From Methanomicrobiales archaeon (lineage in GTDB: Archaea; Halobacteriota; Methanomicrobia; Methanomicrobiales; Methanospirillaceae), in NCBI GenBank assembly GCA_013415565.1, contig JAAEET010000001.1, forward strand, positions 1-63,979: DNA of 63,979 nucleotides. Direction: 5' to 3'. The notes under the pieces were generated by a model that saw only the letters and a list, made by a program, of their open reading frames with translations, was not told the origin of the DNA and made no database searches. The position numbers and the translations under genes were made by a program. How positions within the stretch are numbered: position 1 is the stretch's first letter; each line of letters begins with the position of its first letter. Positions 9,779 to 20,657 of this stretch are shown piece by piece.

Positions 9779-10639
9779 TTATCTCATTTTTCTCCCGAGC
9801 AGGATCAGGGCGCCGATCAGCACCATGACTCCCGGTACGGTAAGAAAGGGGATCCCCTGACTGCCGCTGACCGGTTCCGTGCTTTCAGGAATCGTGGCGG
9901 ACAGGGTCGGCGGACTCGTCTCCGTCCCGGCATTCCCGGTCGCCTGGATTCCGGGCTGATCTGCCGGGGTGGTGACCGGTGGTGCGGAAGTGGCGGTTCC
10001 CGTGGCTACCGTCGTGGCGGGAACCGTGCCGGAGAGATAGTATGATCCCCCTCCAGAACCCCCTCCACCGGAGCTCCCGGTCATGGCTGAGCCGCTGGTC
10101 GTGGTTCCCGTTACGGTCGTTGATGCGGGACTGGTTGTCAGGGTGGTATCCGGTACCGTGGTGACGGGGATCGTTGAACCCCCGGCTGCGACGGTGACCG
10201 TGGTGCCCGACAGGGCAGGAGCGATTTCATTTCCGTCGTCATCATCAAAGACGGGTTCCCGGAGTACGATATCCGTTGTCCCCGGCGAAAGACTCCGAAT
10301 CGTGAGCGTGGCAAGCATGACTTCGCCGGAGTCCTTCTCCACTGCGCCCCCGATATCGGCGGCCATGATACTGATCTCCGGCCCCGGAACGCCGGCGATA
10401 TCCGAGAGTTCGGCCCACTCCGGCAAAACTGCTCCTGTAATCTCCGCGACCGAGGGATCCTCCACCACGATGGTAAGGGCAAATCCTGAAATCCCTGCCG
10501 GGGCGGCATCGAGGGTAAGATTGACGGTGGCCTCCTCGCCCGGCATCGCACCAAGCCCGGGTGAATCGAAACCGACCGAAGCTCCGGAAGAAAGCCCGGG
10601 CAGCAGGAGGAAAAAGAGGATGAGGGAAATAAAACGCAT
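9779..10639 (-). CDS. Cell-surface protein: cohesin-like beta domain, Thr/Ser-rich linker, C-terminal membrane anchor
   Basis: Signal peptide; VNLTLDAAPAGISGFALTIVVEDPSVAEIT; T-rich stalk; hydrophobic tail ending GRKMR. Confidence 0.75.
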   Translation of the reverse strand: MRFISLILFFLLLPGLSSGASVGFDSPGLGAMPGEEATVNLTLDAAPAGISGFALTIVVEDPSVAEITGAVLPEWAELSDIAGVPGPEISIMAADIGGAVEKDSGEVMLATLTIRSLSPGTTDIVLREPVFDDDDGNEIAPALSGTTVTVAAGGSTIPVTTVPDTTLTTSPASTTVTGTTTSGSAMTGSSGGGGSGGGSYYLSGTVPATTVATGTATSAPPVTTPADQPGIQATGNAGTETSPPTLSATIPESTEPVSGSQGIPFLTVPGVMVLIGALILLGRKMR

Positions 10640-10765
10640 ATCTGCCATACATCCAGATCGGCGTCTGATGGTGTAAAGATATCTCATTGCCAGCCGTTAT
10701 CCTGCCCGGAATCCAGCCAATGGAGTTATCTGATCGCATGAGCATACTATTCCGGAACGCCATAC

Positions 10766-11872
10766 ATGGCCGGGAATACTACAAATCCTGCTGAAAGCCG
10801 GTACGAACGGCTGGTCCGGAACCTCTACCGGTCCGGAGGCTACGTCTTTGCAGCAAAAGCCGGGGATATCGCCCGCCAGCACGGCATTGCACGCGTTGCC
10901 CGTCTGGCCAGCAACGAGAACCCGTGGCCCCCGTCTCCAGCGGCAGTCAGGGAAGGCTGCGAAGCACTGCAGGGAGCAAACCGCTATCCTGATGAGAGCG
11001 TGGCAGCGCTCACCGGTATGCTGGCCCGCTTCCACGGCGGGTACTCGTTCGTGACCGGTGTCGGCATGGACGGGGTGATCGAGACGATGATCAGGACGCT
11101 GGTCGACCCCGGGGACCGTGTCGCCGTTTCGGTCCCCACCTTCTCATTCTACCGGCTTGCAGCCCTGGCACAGGCGGCTGACGTGGCGGAGATACCGAGG
11201 GCGCAGGATTTCTCGGTCAGCACGCGGGAATTCATCGGAATTGCCCGGGACGCCAAGATCTCCTTTCTTTGCACGCCGAACAACCCCACCGGAACGGTAA
11301 CCCCTGCCGATGACGTCAGAGAGATCCTTTCCGCGATCAGCGGGATACTCTTCCTCGACAATGCGTACGTCGAATTTTCCGGTGTTGATTACCGGCCCCT
11401 GATGGACGAGTTCGACAACCTGGTCATCGGGCGGACGATGTCCAAGGCCTTCGCCCTGGCCGGTGCCCGGGTAGGATATGCCTTTGTTCCCGGATGGCTG
11501 GTCCCGTTCTATAACCGGGCGGCAACCCCTTTCACGCTCAATACCATCTCGGCGCGGGTTGCGGCAGGTGCACTCGGGGACCGGGAAGGAATGGAGGAGT
11601 ATGTCTCTTATGTCCGCCGGTGGAGAGAGCGGTTCAGGGAGGAATGCCCGCTTCCCTCATCCTCCTCCGGGGCAAACTTCGTGATGTTCGATACGAGCCC
11701 CCTTACCGGTGACGAGATGGTGCGCCTTCTCGCAGGAAAGGGAGTGATCGTCAGATCGTGCGCCAGCTTCCCCGGCCTCCCCGACCACTATATCCGGGTG
11801 AGCATCGGGGATTCGTGGGAGAACGAGCTCTTCCTGGCTGCGATGGAAGAGATCTGCAGGCCCCGGGCATGA
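10766..11872 (+). CDS. hisC: Histidinol-phosphate aminotransferase
   Basis: LASNENP, PNNPTG, DNAYVEF, RTMSKAFALAGARVGY. Confidence 0.92.
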   Translation: MAGNTTNPAESRYERLVRNLYRSGGYVFAAKAGDIARQHGIARVARLASNENPWPPSPAAVREGCEALQGANRYPDESVAALTGMLARFHGGYSFVTGVGMDGVIETMIRTLVDPGDRVAVSVPTFSFYRLAALAQAADVAEIPRAQDFSVSTREFIGIARDAKISFLCTPNNPTGTVTPADDVREILSAISGILFLDNAYVEFSGVDYRPLMDEFDNLVIGRTMSKAFALAGARVGYAFVPGWLVPFYNRAATPFTLNTISARVAAGALGDREGMEEYVSYVRRWRERFREECPLPSSSSGANFVMFDTSPLTGDEMVRLLAGKGVIVRSCASFPGLPDHYIRVSIGDSWENELFLAAMEEICRPRA

Positions 11873-12381
11873 TGTACGGCATTACCGGAACGCCGGGGAC
11901 AGGAAAAAGTTCTATCGCAGGAGTGCTCCGGGAGCAGGGTTTCCGGGTCCTGCACCTGTCGGAGACGACCGCTGAGTACGTGATCGGTGAGGACCCGGTC
12001 CGGGCGACCCTGGTCATCGATGAAGAACGGTGGGCAGCAGAATTCGTCCCGTTCGATGGTGTCGTTGAAGGCCACCTTGCCCACCTCCTCCCCTGCGACC
12101 GGGTAGCCGTTCTCCGGTGCCGCCCCGATGTCCTCGCCGACCGGCTCCTGGGACGCGGCTACCATGACGAGAAGGTCAGGGAGAACGCGCTTGCCGAAGC
12201 CCTGGACGTCGTCCTGGTCGAGACGCTCGAGATCTTCTCCCCTGAGCAGGTTTATGAACTGGACACGACAGATAAGAGTATCCGGGAGTGCAGTGACCGG
12301 GTTGGCGGGTTCTTCCGGGGGGAGATCGCCCCGCAATCCGGGTTCCTCGACTGGTCTCCCTACATCGGGATGTTCGCATGA
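11869..12381 (+). CDS. Archaeal adenylate kinase (AK6/Fap7 family)
   Basis: GITGTPGTGKSS, VVEGH, RGY...KVREN..AEALD. Confidence 0.88.
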   Translation: MMYGITGTPGTGKSSIAGVLREQGFRVLHLSETTAEYVIGEDPVRATLVIDEERWAAEFVPFDGVVEGHLAHLLPCDRVAVLRCRPDVLADRLLGRGYHDEKVRENALAEALDVVLVETLEIFSPEQVYELDTTDKSIRECSDRVGGFFRGEIAPQSGFLDWSPYIGMFA

Positions 12382-12986
12382 CCCTTGATACCTTCCGGCC
12401 GCACCTCAAGTGGATCTACCGGCCTTTCGTCGATATTGCCGTACGGATAGGGCTCACTCCCGATGCATTCACGATTGCTGCATTCTTCGTTGCGCTCTTT
12501 GCCGGAATCGCCTTTTACTATGGGGAGGTTATACTCGGGACCTTCTTCATCATGTGCAATGCCGCCTTCGATTCGATGGACGGAGCGGTGGCCCGGGCCA
12601 TGAACATCCAGAGCCGGAAAGGAGACTTCCTCGACCACGTGGTGGACCGTTACGCCGATATCTTCATTATCACGGGTATCTTTGCCGGGGGATTTGCTCC
12701 CTGGCCCATCGGCGTCTTCGCCCTGACCGGCGTGCTGATGGTATCCTACCTCGGCACCCAGGCCCAGGCAATCGGGGTCGGCCGCTACTACGGCGGGGTC
12801 CTCGGGCGGGCGGACCGCCTGTTCCTCCTCATCATCGCGGGCATCCTGAACATCATCATCCCTGCCGGGGTGTACGGGCTCCCGTATCTCGGATGGCTCC
12901 TGGTCATTTTCGGTGTCATCGGGCACTTGACCGCGGTCCAGCGGTTCATCTATGTCTGGAGAGAGATCAGGACGGAGCAGGACTGA
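12378..12986 (+). CDS. CDP-alcohol phosphatidyltransferase (archaetidylinositol phosphate synthase-like)
   Basis: DSMDGAVAR...GDFLDHVVDRYAD motif; hydrophobic. Confidence 0.9.
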   Translation: MTLDTFRPHLKWIYRPFVDIAVRIGLTPDAFTIAAFFVALFAGIAFYYGEVILGTFFIMCNAAFDSMDGAVARAMNIQSRKGDFLDHVVDRYADIFIITGIFAGGFAPWPIGVFALTGVLMVSYLGTQAQAIGVGRYYGGVLGRADRLFLLIIAGILNIIIPAGVYGLPYLGWLLVIFGVIGHLTAVQRFIYVWREIRTEQD

Positions 12987-13055
12987 TCTCATCCCTGGGA
13001 ACGGAGAGGCGGCCGGGACGGCCGTGATACCCGGACGGCATCTCCAGGCCGGGGG

Positions 13056-14057
13056 TTAAAACCAGGAGTCAAGCGTTTTTTGTCCGGCCTTCACTTTCAG
13101 ACCGTCAAGCGCCTTCTCAACACGGTCCGGGGAAAAATCGTAGGTATCGCAGAGCATCGACAGCACCCCCTCACGGTCCGGCTCATGCCAGGCAAGGGCA
13201 TACTCAACGCTGACCGGGGGATTGAGAAAGAATTCAAGGATCGCCCCGATATCCGTCTCCGGGAGTTTCTCTGCGGCCACCGTGTCAAACTCACCGTTTC
13301 GGACAATCCGGAGAGCCGTTTTTGCCCCGATGCCCCTGACCCCGGGATTGAAATCGGTGCCCACGAGTATGGCGATCCGGATCAGGTCTTCCCGGGAGAT
13401 CCGGAGACCGGAGAGGACTTCGGAGAGGGTTATCCGTTCCGGATTTACGGCGATCGTCCGGCCGTGCAGCTTCCTCCGTCCGCTCACGGTGAGGTTCCGC
13501 ATCAGCACCGGGGCCCCGAAGAGGAGCGTATCATAATCCTGGGAGACCACGTACCGGGCATCACCCCGGCTCACCATTTCCGCAGCCTGGGCCTCCCCCT
13601 CGCTCGGAGCATCAACGGACGGCATCCCGAGGAGGGAAAGCAGGTTTTTCGAGGTGCTGATCACGTCCTCGTCAATCCGCGACGAAGCCCGGGCATGTCT
13701 GGCTGCCTCCTCCACCGCTCCCCGCTCCAGTGCTTCCTGCCATCGTTCCCGGGCCTGTTCCCGGACCGAGCGGCGCTGACTGATGGTCTCCTGCTTGAAG
13801 TCGGGCGGTGTACCGTCAAATACCCAGACCGGCCGGATACCTTTCTCCATGAAATTGACCGCCCGGAAGAGGATCCCCGAGAGGTGGGAGGTGACCCTAC
13901 CCTTCTGGTCCATGAGCGGGGTGCCGTCCGGCTGCCTGATGATGCTCAGAAACTGGTAGAGGGCGTTGTGGGCATCCACCGCCGCGACACCGGCAAGCGC
14001 CTCCCAGGAGAGCGGTGTCTTGTAGTCGGCGATGATGTCCCGGAGTGCTACACCCAT
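13056..14057 (-). CDS. fen: Flap endonuclease 1
   Basis: [38 protein letters not shown]-terminal PIP box QKTLDSWF. Confidence 0.97.
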   Translation of the reverse strand: MGVALRDIIADYKTPLSWEALAGVAAVDAHNALYQFLSIIRQPDGTPLMDQKGRVTSHLSGILFRAVNFMEKGIRPVWVFDGTPPDFKQETISQRRSVREQARERWQEALERGAVEEAARHARASSRIDEDVISTSKNLLSLLGMPSVDAPSEGEAQAAEMVSRGDARYVVSQDYDTLLFGAPVLMRNLTVSGRRKLHGRTIAVNPERITLSEVLSGLRISREDLIRIAILVGTDFNPGVRGIGAKTALRIVRNGEFDTVAAEKLPETDIGAILEFFLNPPVSVEYALAWHEPDREGVLSMLCDTYDFSPDRVEKALDGLKVKAGQKTLDSWF

Positions 14058-14081
14058 TCCTCAACCACCGTCCCGGGGCGG

Positions 14082-14396
14082 TTACCGGTAGACTCTCCGG
14101 GAGACCTCGTTGACGATGTCCTCGATCCGCTCGACGCTGCTGTCGTACCGCTGCGCCATCTTGGCCGAGATTTCCTCGAGGTTGACCTGGATCATCCGTT
14201 CACGGTTGGTGATGTTGCGCTCGATGATACGGACCTTGTGGTGGATGATCACGAGGAGACCGGCAAGAGAGAGCACGATCCCCATCGCCGCAAACGTCCT
14301 TGCCTGGTCCGCCATGAGCAGCGAGAAGAGCCACCATGTCGATGCGGCAAGAATGATAATGAGTATTATATCCCCCAGATACTCACGTATATCCAT
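14082..14396 (-). CDS. Hypothetical membrane protein (2 TM + coiled coil)
   Basis: Two hydrophobic segments followed by a charged helix; directly upstream of fen. Confidence 0.75.
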   Translation of the reverse strand: MDIREYLGDIILIIILAASTWWLFSLLMADQARTFAAMGIVLSLAGLLVIIHHKVRIIERNITNRERMIQVNLEEISAKMAQRYDSSVERIEDIVNEVSRRVYR

Positions 14397-14453
14397 GTTT
14401 TTACATGATGAAGACCGGGTAATTAATTTACCTGTGTTTCCCGGGGTTTTCTG

Positions 14454-15344
14454 ATGAACTGGTCACGACTCCTTCCGCTCGTTACCATACCCTCCATGCT
14501 CGTGCTGGTGGAGGTCATCGCACTCCTCCTCTCCCTGCCCATGCAGACCGCAGGAATAACAGCGTTCGAGGACCCGGAGTCATTTACAAACCCCCTCCTC
14601 TTCATCGTGATCCTCCTCGTCTTCACCGCGTTCCTCCTCGTTCTCATCAGGTATAAGTGGAAGAAGCTGATCGGGGTGATCATCGCGGTCTCCATCTTCT
14701 TTACCTTCATCTATATTTTTGCCGGGATCACCGTCTACTTCCTCGGCATGGTTCCGGGAACGCTCGGCATCACCCTCGCACTCTCGCTCTTCTCCACCGC
14801 CCTCCTGTACCTCTATCCCGAGTGGTACATCATCGACACCCTGGGCGTCCTCATCGCTGCGGGAGCCGCCTCGATCTTCGGAATATCGCTGGACATCCTC
14901 CCGGTCCTCATCCTCCTGATCATCCTGATGGTCTATGATGCCATCTCGGTATACAAGACGCGGCACATGGTCACCCTCGCAGAAGGGGTTATCGATATCA
15001 AATCACCGATCCTGTTCATCGTTCCCAAGCGGAGGGGCTACAGTTTCGTGCGGGAAGGGATCGGAGACCTCGACGGGGGTGAGCGTGCCGCTTTCGTGAT
15101 CGGCATGGGGGATCTCATCATGCCATCCATCCTGGTGGTATCGGCCAACGTCTTCCTGAATACCCCCCGGCTGGCAGGATTCGTCACCCTTCCGGCCCTC
15201 GGAGCCATCATCGGCTCGATCATCGGACTCTCGCTCCTTCTGACCGTGGTCCAGAAGGGAAAGCCCCAGGCAGGTCTTCCACCCATCAATGGCGGGGCCA
15301 TCCTCGGTTTTCTAGCAGGGTACGGACTCTCCTTCCTGCTGTGA
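14454..15344 (+). CDS. Presenilin-family intramembrane aspartyl protease (PSH)
   Basis: YDAISVY (YD), GMGDL (GxGD), AGLPP (PAL-like); multi-pass membrane protein. Confidence 0.92.
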   Translation: MNWSRLLPLVTIPSMLVLVEVIALLLSLPMQTAGITAFEDPESFTNPLLFIVILLVFTAFLLVLIRYKWKKLIGVIIAVSIFFTFIYIFAGITVYFLGMVPGTLGITLALSLFSTALLYLYPEWYIIDTLGVLIAAGAASIFGISLDILPVLILLIILMVYDAISVYKTRHMVTLAEGVIDIKSPILFIVPKRRGYSFVREGIGDLDGGERAAFVIGMGDLIMPSILVVSANVFLNTPRLAGFVTLPALGAIIGSIIGLSLLLTVVQKGKPQAGLPPINGGAILGFLAGYGLSFLL

Positions 15345-16268
15345 CCGCTCGCGGATATGGAGGAGGTTCTCCATCACTTCGGTGATTCCCTCTCCGGTCT
15401 CGGTCGACATGTTGAGGTATCCGTCAAAATAGACGAGGTCGGATTTGTTCACCACCACCAGCACCGGAACATCGACCATCCTCTCGATCTCGTGGAGGAG
15501 CCTGACCTGCTCCTCGATGGAATACCCGCAGTGTTCGCTCGCGTCGAGCATGCAGAGGATAACATCGGCGAGGTTGATGATCGCGGTCAGTGCCTGCCGC
15601 TCGATCGGATTCCGGTCCTCGGGTGGGCGGTCAAGCAGGCCGGGGGTGTCGATAAACTGCATCCGCTCCTCCCCCGCCATCCGGTGACCGACGATGATGC
15701 CCTTGGTGGTGAACGGGTAGGACGCAACCTCCGGGTCGGCAGAGGAAACCAGGCGGATGAAGGATGATTTTCCGACGTTGGGATAACCGGCGACCACGAC
15801 GGTGAAGTCATCCGCCACGTGCGGGAGTTTCCTGATGACGTTCCGGACATCATTGAGGAACCGGAGGTCGTCATCGATCTGGTGGACGACCGAAGAGAGT
15901 CGTGCAACGGCCCGCTTGCGGAGAACGGCGGTATCCTCGGCTCTCCTTGTCTGATAGGCGAGTCCCGGCCCGTGTGTCCGTGCCCACCGTGCTGCCCATC
16001 CGACAGCACCAAGCGACTTCTTCACCCGGTCCAGTCCCCACATGATATCCACGATATCGCGGTAGAACGGGGGGATCTCGTTCAATTCCGGAAATGACTG
16101 CATGATCCTGACCAGCCGGTCATGGATGGCCTGGCTGACCGCTCTGACAAATTCCTCGTTCGCCCGATCCTTGTTCCGTTTGAGCCTCATCTTGGATGCT
16201 GCCCGCCGGAACGCCCGGTCAAGAATCTCATCGGCGGTCGGCACCGTGGGGATTTTCTCAAACTCCAC
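15312..16268 (-). CDS. NOG1-family GTPase
   Basis: GYPNVGKSS, YPFTTKG, DTPGLLDR, NKSD. Confidence 0.92.
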   Translation of the reverse strand: MEFEKIPTVPTADEILDRAFRRAASKMRLKRNKDRANEEFVRAVSQAIHDRLVRIMQSFPELNEIPPFYRDIVDIMWGLDRVKKSLGAVGWAARWARTHGPGLAYQTRRAEDTAVLRKRAVARLSSVVHQIDDDLRFLNDVRNVIRKLPHVADDFTVVVAGYPNVGKSSFIRLVSSADPEVASYPFTTKGIIVGHRMAGEERMQFIDTPGLLDRPPEDRNPIERQALTAIINLADVILCMLDASEHCGYSIEEQVRLLHEIERMVDVPVLVVVNKSDLVYFDGYLNMSTETGEGITEVMENLLHIRERSQQEGESVPC

Positions 16269-16317
16269 CGGAATTCAACCCAATCAATATATATGCAAAA
16301 TCATATGATAAACCATT

Positions 16318-17196
16318 ATGGATTTATCCCTCATCCAGAAGGATATCCTGATCACACTCATCAGCCTCTACCACCAGCATTCCCATCCCATCAAGGGCGA
16401 GGAGATCGCCGAGGTCATCAGGAGGAACCCTGGCACGGTCCGCAACCAGATGCAGGCCCTCAAGGCGATCGGGCTGGTGGACGGCATCCCCGGCCCGAAA
16501 GGCGGGTACAATCCCACGGCACGGGCATACCGGGAGCTGAACCTCGGTCTCACCGAAGGGGAGTATGACGTGCCGATATCCCGTGAGGGGGAGATCATCA
16601 CGGGTGTGAAGGTGGTGGAGATCGCGTTTACCACGCTCTGCCATCCTGACATCTGCCAGGCAAGCGTGCGGGTGGTGGGGAGCCTGCGGGGCTTCGAGAT
16701 CGGCGATAATCTCACCATCGGCCCGACCCCGGTCAACCGTCTCGTGATCCGGGGAGAGGTGTACGGAAAGGACGAGGTCTCCCAGACCCTCCTCATTTCG
16801 ACCTACGAGATGATCTCTCTTCCCAAGAAACAGATCAGGTACTATATGAGCAGCCCGCTCATCACGCTGCGGAACCGTGATACCCTGATCGACGCCATCC
16901 GCCTCTTCACCGAGCACCACATTCATGGAGCCCCGGTCATGAACGGGAAGAACCTTGCCGGCATCGTGACCATGAGCGACATTGCCAAAGCCATCGGGGA
17001 AGGAAAACCGCTCACCGACCAGGTCTCCTCCATCATGACCACGGATGTTGAGAAAGCCCCTTCGACCGTCCATCTCTTTGAAGTGATACGACGATTCAAG
17101 GAGCGGGAGATCGGGAGGCTGGTGGTCATGGAAGGAGAGCAGCCGGTGGGAATCCTGACCCAGTCCGATATCATCAGGCAGTTTCCCTCGCTCTAG
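16318..17196 (+). CDS. HrcA-like HTH + CBS-domain transcriptional regulator
   Basis: IKGEEIAEVIRRNPGTVRNQMQALKAIGLVDGIPGPKGGY; C-terminal CBS pair. Confidence 0.88.
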   Translation: MDLSLIQKDILITLISLYHQHSHPIKGEEIAEVIRRNPGTVRNQMQALKAIGLVDGIPGPKGGYNPTARAYRELNLGLTEGEYDVPISREGEIITGVKVVEIAFTTLCHPDICQASVRVVGSLRGFEIGDNLTIGPTPVNRLVIRGEVYGKDEVSQTLLISTYEMISLPKKQIRYYMSSPLITLRNRDTLIDAIRLFTEHHIHGAPVMNGKNLAGIVTMSDIAKAIGEGKPLTDQVSSIMTTDVEKAPSTVHLFEVIRRFKEREIGRLVVMEGEQPVGILTQSDIIRQFPSL

Positions 17197-17378
17197 TGGG
17201 CGTGATGCGAAACGGGCGGCCCCGTCAGACCCGGCCGGTTCCGGAGCGAATGGGGGATGCCTGCACACCCTGCCTGCAGGGAAGGCATTTCTGACCAATT
17301 CCGGCCCGGTTCACTGAACTGCTATCCATCCGGACGTTTTTGAACATATTTAAATATTAATAGCTCAACAGTTCTCTT

Positions 17379-17630
17379 ATGGCCAGAGTGTTAGCCCGCA
17401 GCCTATCGAAGAAGAAGATCGTCACCAATGAGGGGAAGATGATCGGGACCCTGCGAAACCTCGTTGTCGATTTCAATACCGGTCAGGTGGTGGACCTGAT
17501 CGTATATCCCGATCCCTCGTTCGACACCACCGGGTACCGCATGGAAGGGGACCGTCTCTTCATATCCTTTGAGGCGGTCAAGGACATCAAGGATTATATC
17601 ATCGTGGATCGCTATCTCTCCAGAAAATAG
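17379..17630 (+). CDS. PRC-barrel protein (CdpB-like)
   Basis: LSKKKIVTNEGKMIGTLRNLVVDFNTGQV...AVKDIKDYIIV. Confidence 0.88.
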   Translation: MARVLARSLSKKKIVTNEGKMIGTLRNLVVDFNTGQVVDLIVYPDPSFDTTGYRMEGDRLFISFEAVKDIKDYIIVDRYLSRK

Positions 17631-18310
17631 GGCATATACCGTTCGAGGGCTTCAACAAACCCTTCGCCATACTTTTTTTCCGAGACCCATGTGGCGGCTG
17701 CGGCTAACGTATCAGGGGCATTCCCGACCGCTACACCGATTCCTGCATACTTCACCAGGTCGATATCATTCTCGGCATCCCCTATCGAGAGAAAATCACC
17801 GGGATCGAGTCCGAGCTCGCCGGCCAGCGAGAGAAATGCCAGGCCCTTGCTGATCCCCCTGGCCTGGATATGGATGGCGAATCCGGTATCGATGATCTCG
17901 ACCGGGAATTCCCGGACGATCTCCCGGACCTCTCCGGGGGGTACGGTCCGGGCGAAGGCCTGGTCGGCAAAGCGGTAGGTGGGGCTGTACATGTCGAGGG
18001 TGACGCCCTTCTCCCGGTAATAGGCGACGACGGCGTCGAGAGCCTCCCTGACTCCGGACTGGTCGCCGATGATACGGAGGTCACCGGGATATCCGGTCCG
18101 GTAGACCCCGCCGTTCTCGGCAATGAAGCTCCCCTGGGTGCCGATCATCCGCGAGACGGCATCCATGAAACAGGAGGTGTTGCCGCTGGCAAGCACCACT
18201 TCGACGCCGCGGTCGCACAAATCCCGGAGAGCGATGATGGCACCGGTGTGGATCCTCCGGTGCCGGTCGGTTATCGTTCCATCGATATCGGTGACGAGTC
18301 CCTTCAGCAC
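17612..18310 (-). CDS. Phosphoglycolate phosphatase (archaeal HAD, SPP-like)
   Basis: [24 protein letters not shown]. Confidence 0.88.
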   Translation of the reverse strand: MLKGLVTDIDGTITDRHRRIHTGAIIALRDLCDRGVEVVLASGNTSCFMDAVSRMIGTQGSFIAENGGVYRTGYPGDLRIIGDQSGVREALDAVVAYYREKGVTLDMYSPTYRFADQAFARTVPPGEVREIVREFPVEIIDTGFAIHIQARGISKGLAFLSLAGELGLDPGDFLSIGDAENDIDLVKYAGIGVAVGNAPDTLAAAATWVSEKKYGEGFVEALERYMPYFLER

Positions 18311-19275
18311 GATCTGAGTCCTGCTTCCTCCACCATGAAGGTTGCCTCTCCCTCAGGGAGGTTCGGGCTGTCCACGAGGCGGGCGATCCGTTTGCCGCCC
18401 TTGCTCTTCCGCAGGTAGATGCGGAACGTTGCGGTATGGCCGACGATGTTCCCACCGATGGGCTTGGTGGGGTCCCCGAAGAAAACCGCCGGGTTGGAGA
18501 GGACCTGGTTGGTGACCAGCCCGACGGCATTGTTCTCATCGCACAGCTTGAAGAGTTCGTGGAGGTGGCGGTTCAGCTTCTGCTGCCGTGTGGCGAGCGT
18601 TCCCCGCCCGGCATACTCGGCCCGGAAGTGCGAGGTGAGCGAGTCGATGACGAAGAGCTTGACCGGCTTGTCGGTGGTCCTGAGCTCTGCGGCCCGTTCC
18701 CGTGCCGTCTCCACCATCAGCATCTGGTGGTCGGAGGTATGGGCCCTGGCCACGTGGATGTTCTCGAGGAAGTCCTGCGGGTCGGCATCGATCCCGAGCC
18801 CGATGACCATCTGTTCGATACGCTCGGGCCGGAACGTGTTCTCGGTGTCGATGTAGATGGCACTTCCGTTGAGACCTCCGTCGTCTTCGGGGAGCTGGAC
18901 GTTGACCGCCATCTGGTGTACGATCTGACTCTTTCCTGAACCGAACTCGCCGTACAGTTCGGTGATGGCCTGGGTCTCCATGCCCCCGCCCAGCAGTTCG
19001 TCGAGCTCCGGGACGAGGGTTTTGAGCTTCCGGATCTCTTTCCGCTGCTCGAACACATCCTTCCCGGTCCTGAACCCGCCGATATCGACCAGTTCGCGGG
19101 CGGATTTGATCATCTTCTTTGCAACCGATTCTCCGATCTCTGCGGTCTCGGCCAGCTCGGTGGGAGAGGCGGTGGCAATGCTCTCCACGGTGACGAACCC
19201 GGCCTCGCGGAGCTTCTCTGCGGTCGTGGGGCCGACTCCGGGGAGATCTTCAAGTTCCAGGGGTCCTTTGGTCAT
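18304..19275 (-). CDS. radA: DNA repair and recombination protein RadA
   Basis: [47 protein letters not shown]; no intein. Confidence 0.98.
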   Translation of the reverse strand: MTKGPLELEDLPGVGPTTAEKLREAGFVTVESIATASPTELAETAEIGESVAKKMIKSARELVDIGGFRTGKDVFEQRKEIRKLKTLVPELDELLGGGMETQAITELYGEFGSGKSQIVHQMAVNVQLPEDDGGLNGSAIYIDTENTFRPERIEQMVIGLGIDADPQDFLENIHVARAHTSDHQMLMVETARERAAELRTTDKPVKLFVIDSLTSHFRAEYAGRGTLATRQQKLNRHLHELFKLCDENNAVGLVTNQVLSNPAVFFGDPTKPIGGNIVGHTATFRIYLRKSKGGKRIARLVDSPNLPEGEATFMVEEAGLRSC

Positions 19276-19315
19276 AGTGTGGTCACCTCTGACAGGGAGA
19301 GCGTGGTGTTCCCTG

Positions 19316-20641
19316 TCATATATCTTGGCGGCCATGCAGCGTGAAAGTATTGTCCGCGGCCAGGCTGCCGGAGAACGTGCGTATCCTGTCCCGGACGGCT
19401 GCGGGATCCGGTTCCTGTTCTTCGACCGAGGATGCGGTGATCCGGTCGCCGGAACGGAGTCCGCGGACCCGGACCTCGTGCCCGTGGGGATGCTCGCCGG
19501 AAAGGAGGAACCGCTCGCTCCCGTTGTCGAGGAAGGTCCCCTCCCGGGTGGCGATGATCGTCCCCGTCATCTCGATCTCCTCCCCGGGAGCCGGGGGAAG
19601 CACCCTGACGAACCCGTTCCCGCCGACGTGCAGCTCGAGTCCGCCGTCCCGGCCGGGCCTGCCCGAACCCTGGTAGATGGCGATCCGGTCACCGGGCACG
19701 AGGGGGATGAGGGCCCGATCTCCCCAGAAGACCACCCTGATATCGGACGAAGGCCCGCTCATCACGAGGTTCCTGACATGGTTCGGCCGGCCGTCCCGGG
19801 TGGTGAATGCCCGGGGCGGCTGTACGGAGGCAACGATCCCCTCCACAGAGAAGATCCCGCCTTCCCGGACATCACCGGGCGTGCCGACCTGAAAGGCGAA
19901 CCCGCGGGATCCGGGGGCAATGGAACTCCGCTCATCGACCACGTACTCCGTTCCCGTGGTCCGCTGCTTCACCAGCACCCCGGAGATCCGTACGGATGCC
20001 CCTTCCCGGACGCCGGCCAGGAGGGCGGGATCCCATGCCACGATCCGGGCCGTCTTCTCGCCGTCGAAGAAACATCCCTCGATCATCCCCCCGGTGGAGC
20101 CGTCCCTGCGGACGACGGTCCTCGGCTCACCGATGACGAGGATCACCCCCTCGACATCATTCCGTTCGGCGGGACGGTACTGGGGCTGGACGGTTGTCCC
20201 GCACGAGATCTCGATGGGTGATTTCCGGAGGGCGAGAACCACGATGTCTCCCGGCCGCCCCCCCTGCTTTCCGATGATCTCCAGCACCTCGTCCGGCTCG
20301 ATCTCGGCAACCGCGGCAGCCTTCTCGTCCCAGAGGACTGCCCGGACCTGTCCGGTCTCGTCACCGAGGATGAGGTGGGCCACCCACCCTTTCTCGCCAT
20401 CCTTCCTGGTGAACTCCCGCGGGGGAGAGACCGAGATGACCCTGCCGAAGAAGGAGGAGAGGGTTGACCCGGTGGAAAGGTCCCGGATCTTGACGTGCTC
20501 ACGGCCGAGGTCATGCACCACGACCATCGCCGCGGTGGTTTCATCGAGGAGATCACCGCACTCCTGCATCTTCTCCTCGATACGCCGTTCAAACTCTTCC
20601 CTGCTGATCAGGTCGTCCACGAGAGCATAGTGGAACTGCAC
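19316..20641 (-). CDS. rpa: Replication protein A (multi-OB-fold ssDNA-binding protein)
   Basis: [28 protein letters not shown] repeated OB signatures; adjacent to radA. Confidence 0.85.
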   Translation of the reverse strand: MQFHYALVDDLISREEFERRIEEKMQECGDLLDETTAAMVVVHDLGREHVKIRDLSTGSTLSSFFGRVISVSPPREFTRKDGEKGWVAHLILGDETGQVRAVLWDEKAAAVAEIEPDEVLEIIGKQGGRPGDIVVLALRKSPIEISCGTTVQPQYRPAERNDVEGVILVIGEPRTVVRRDGSTGGMIEGCFFDGEKTARIVAWDPALLAGVREGASVRISGVLVKQRTTGTEYVVDERSSIAPGSRGFAFQVGTPGDVREGGIFSVEGIVASVQPPRAFTTRDGRPNHVRNLVMSGPSSDIRVVFWGDRALIPLVPGDRIAIYQGSGRPGRDGGLELHVGGNGFVRVLPPAPGEEIEMTGTIIATREGTFLDNGSERFLLSGEHPHGHEVRVRGLRSGDRITASSVEEQEPDPAAVRDRIRTFSGSLAADNTFTLHGRQDI

Positions 20642-20657
20642 GCCGGCTGGTCCTCCG

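Noticed and set aside
18304..19275. Intein in RadA
   Set aside because: Normal length (323 aa) with continuous motifs
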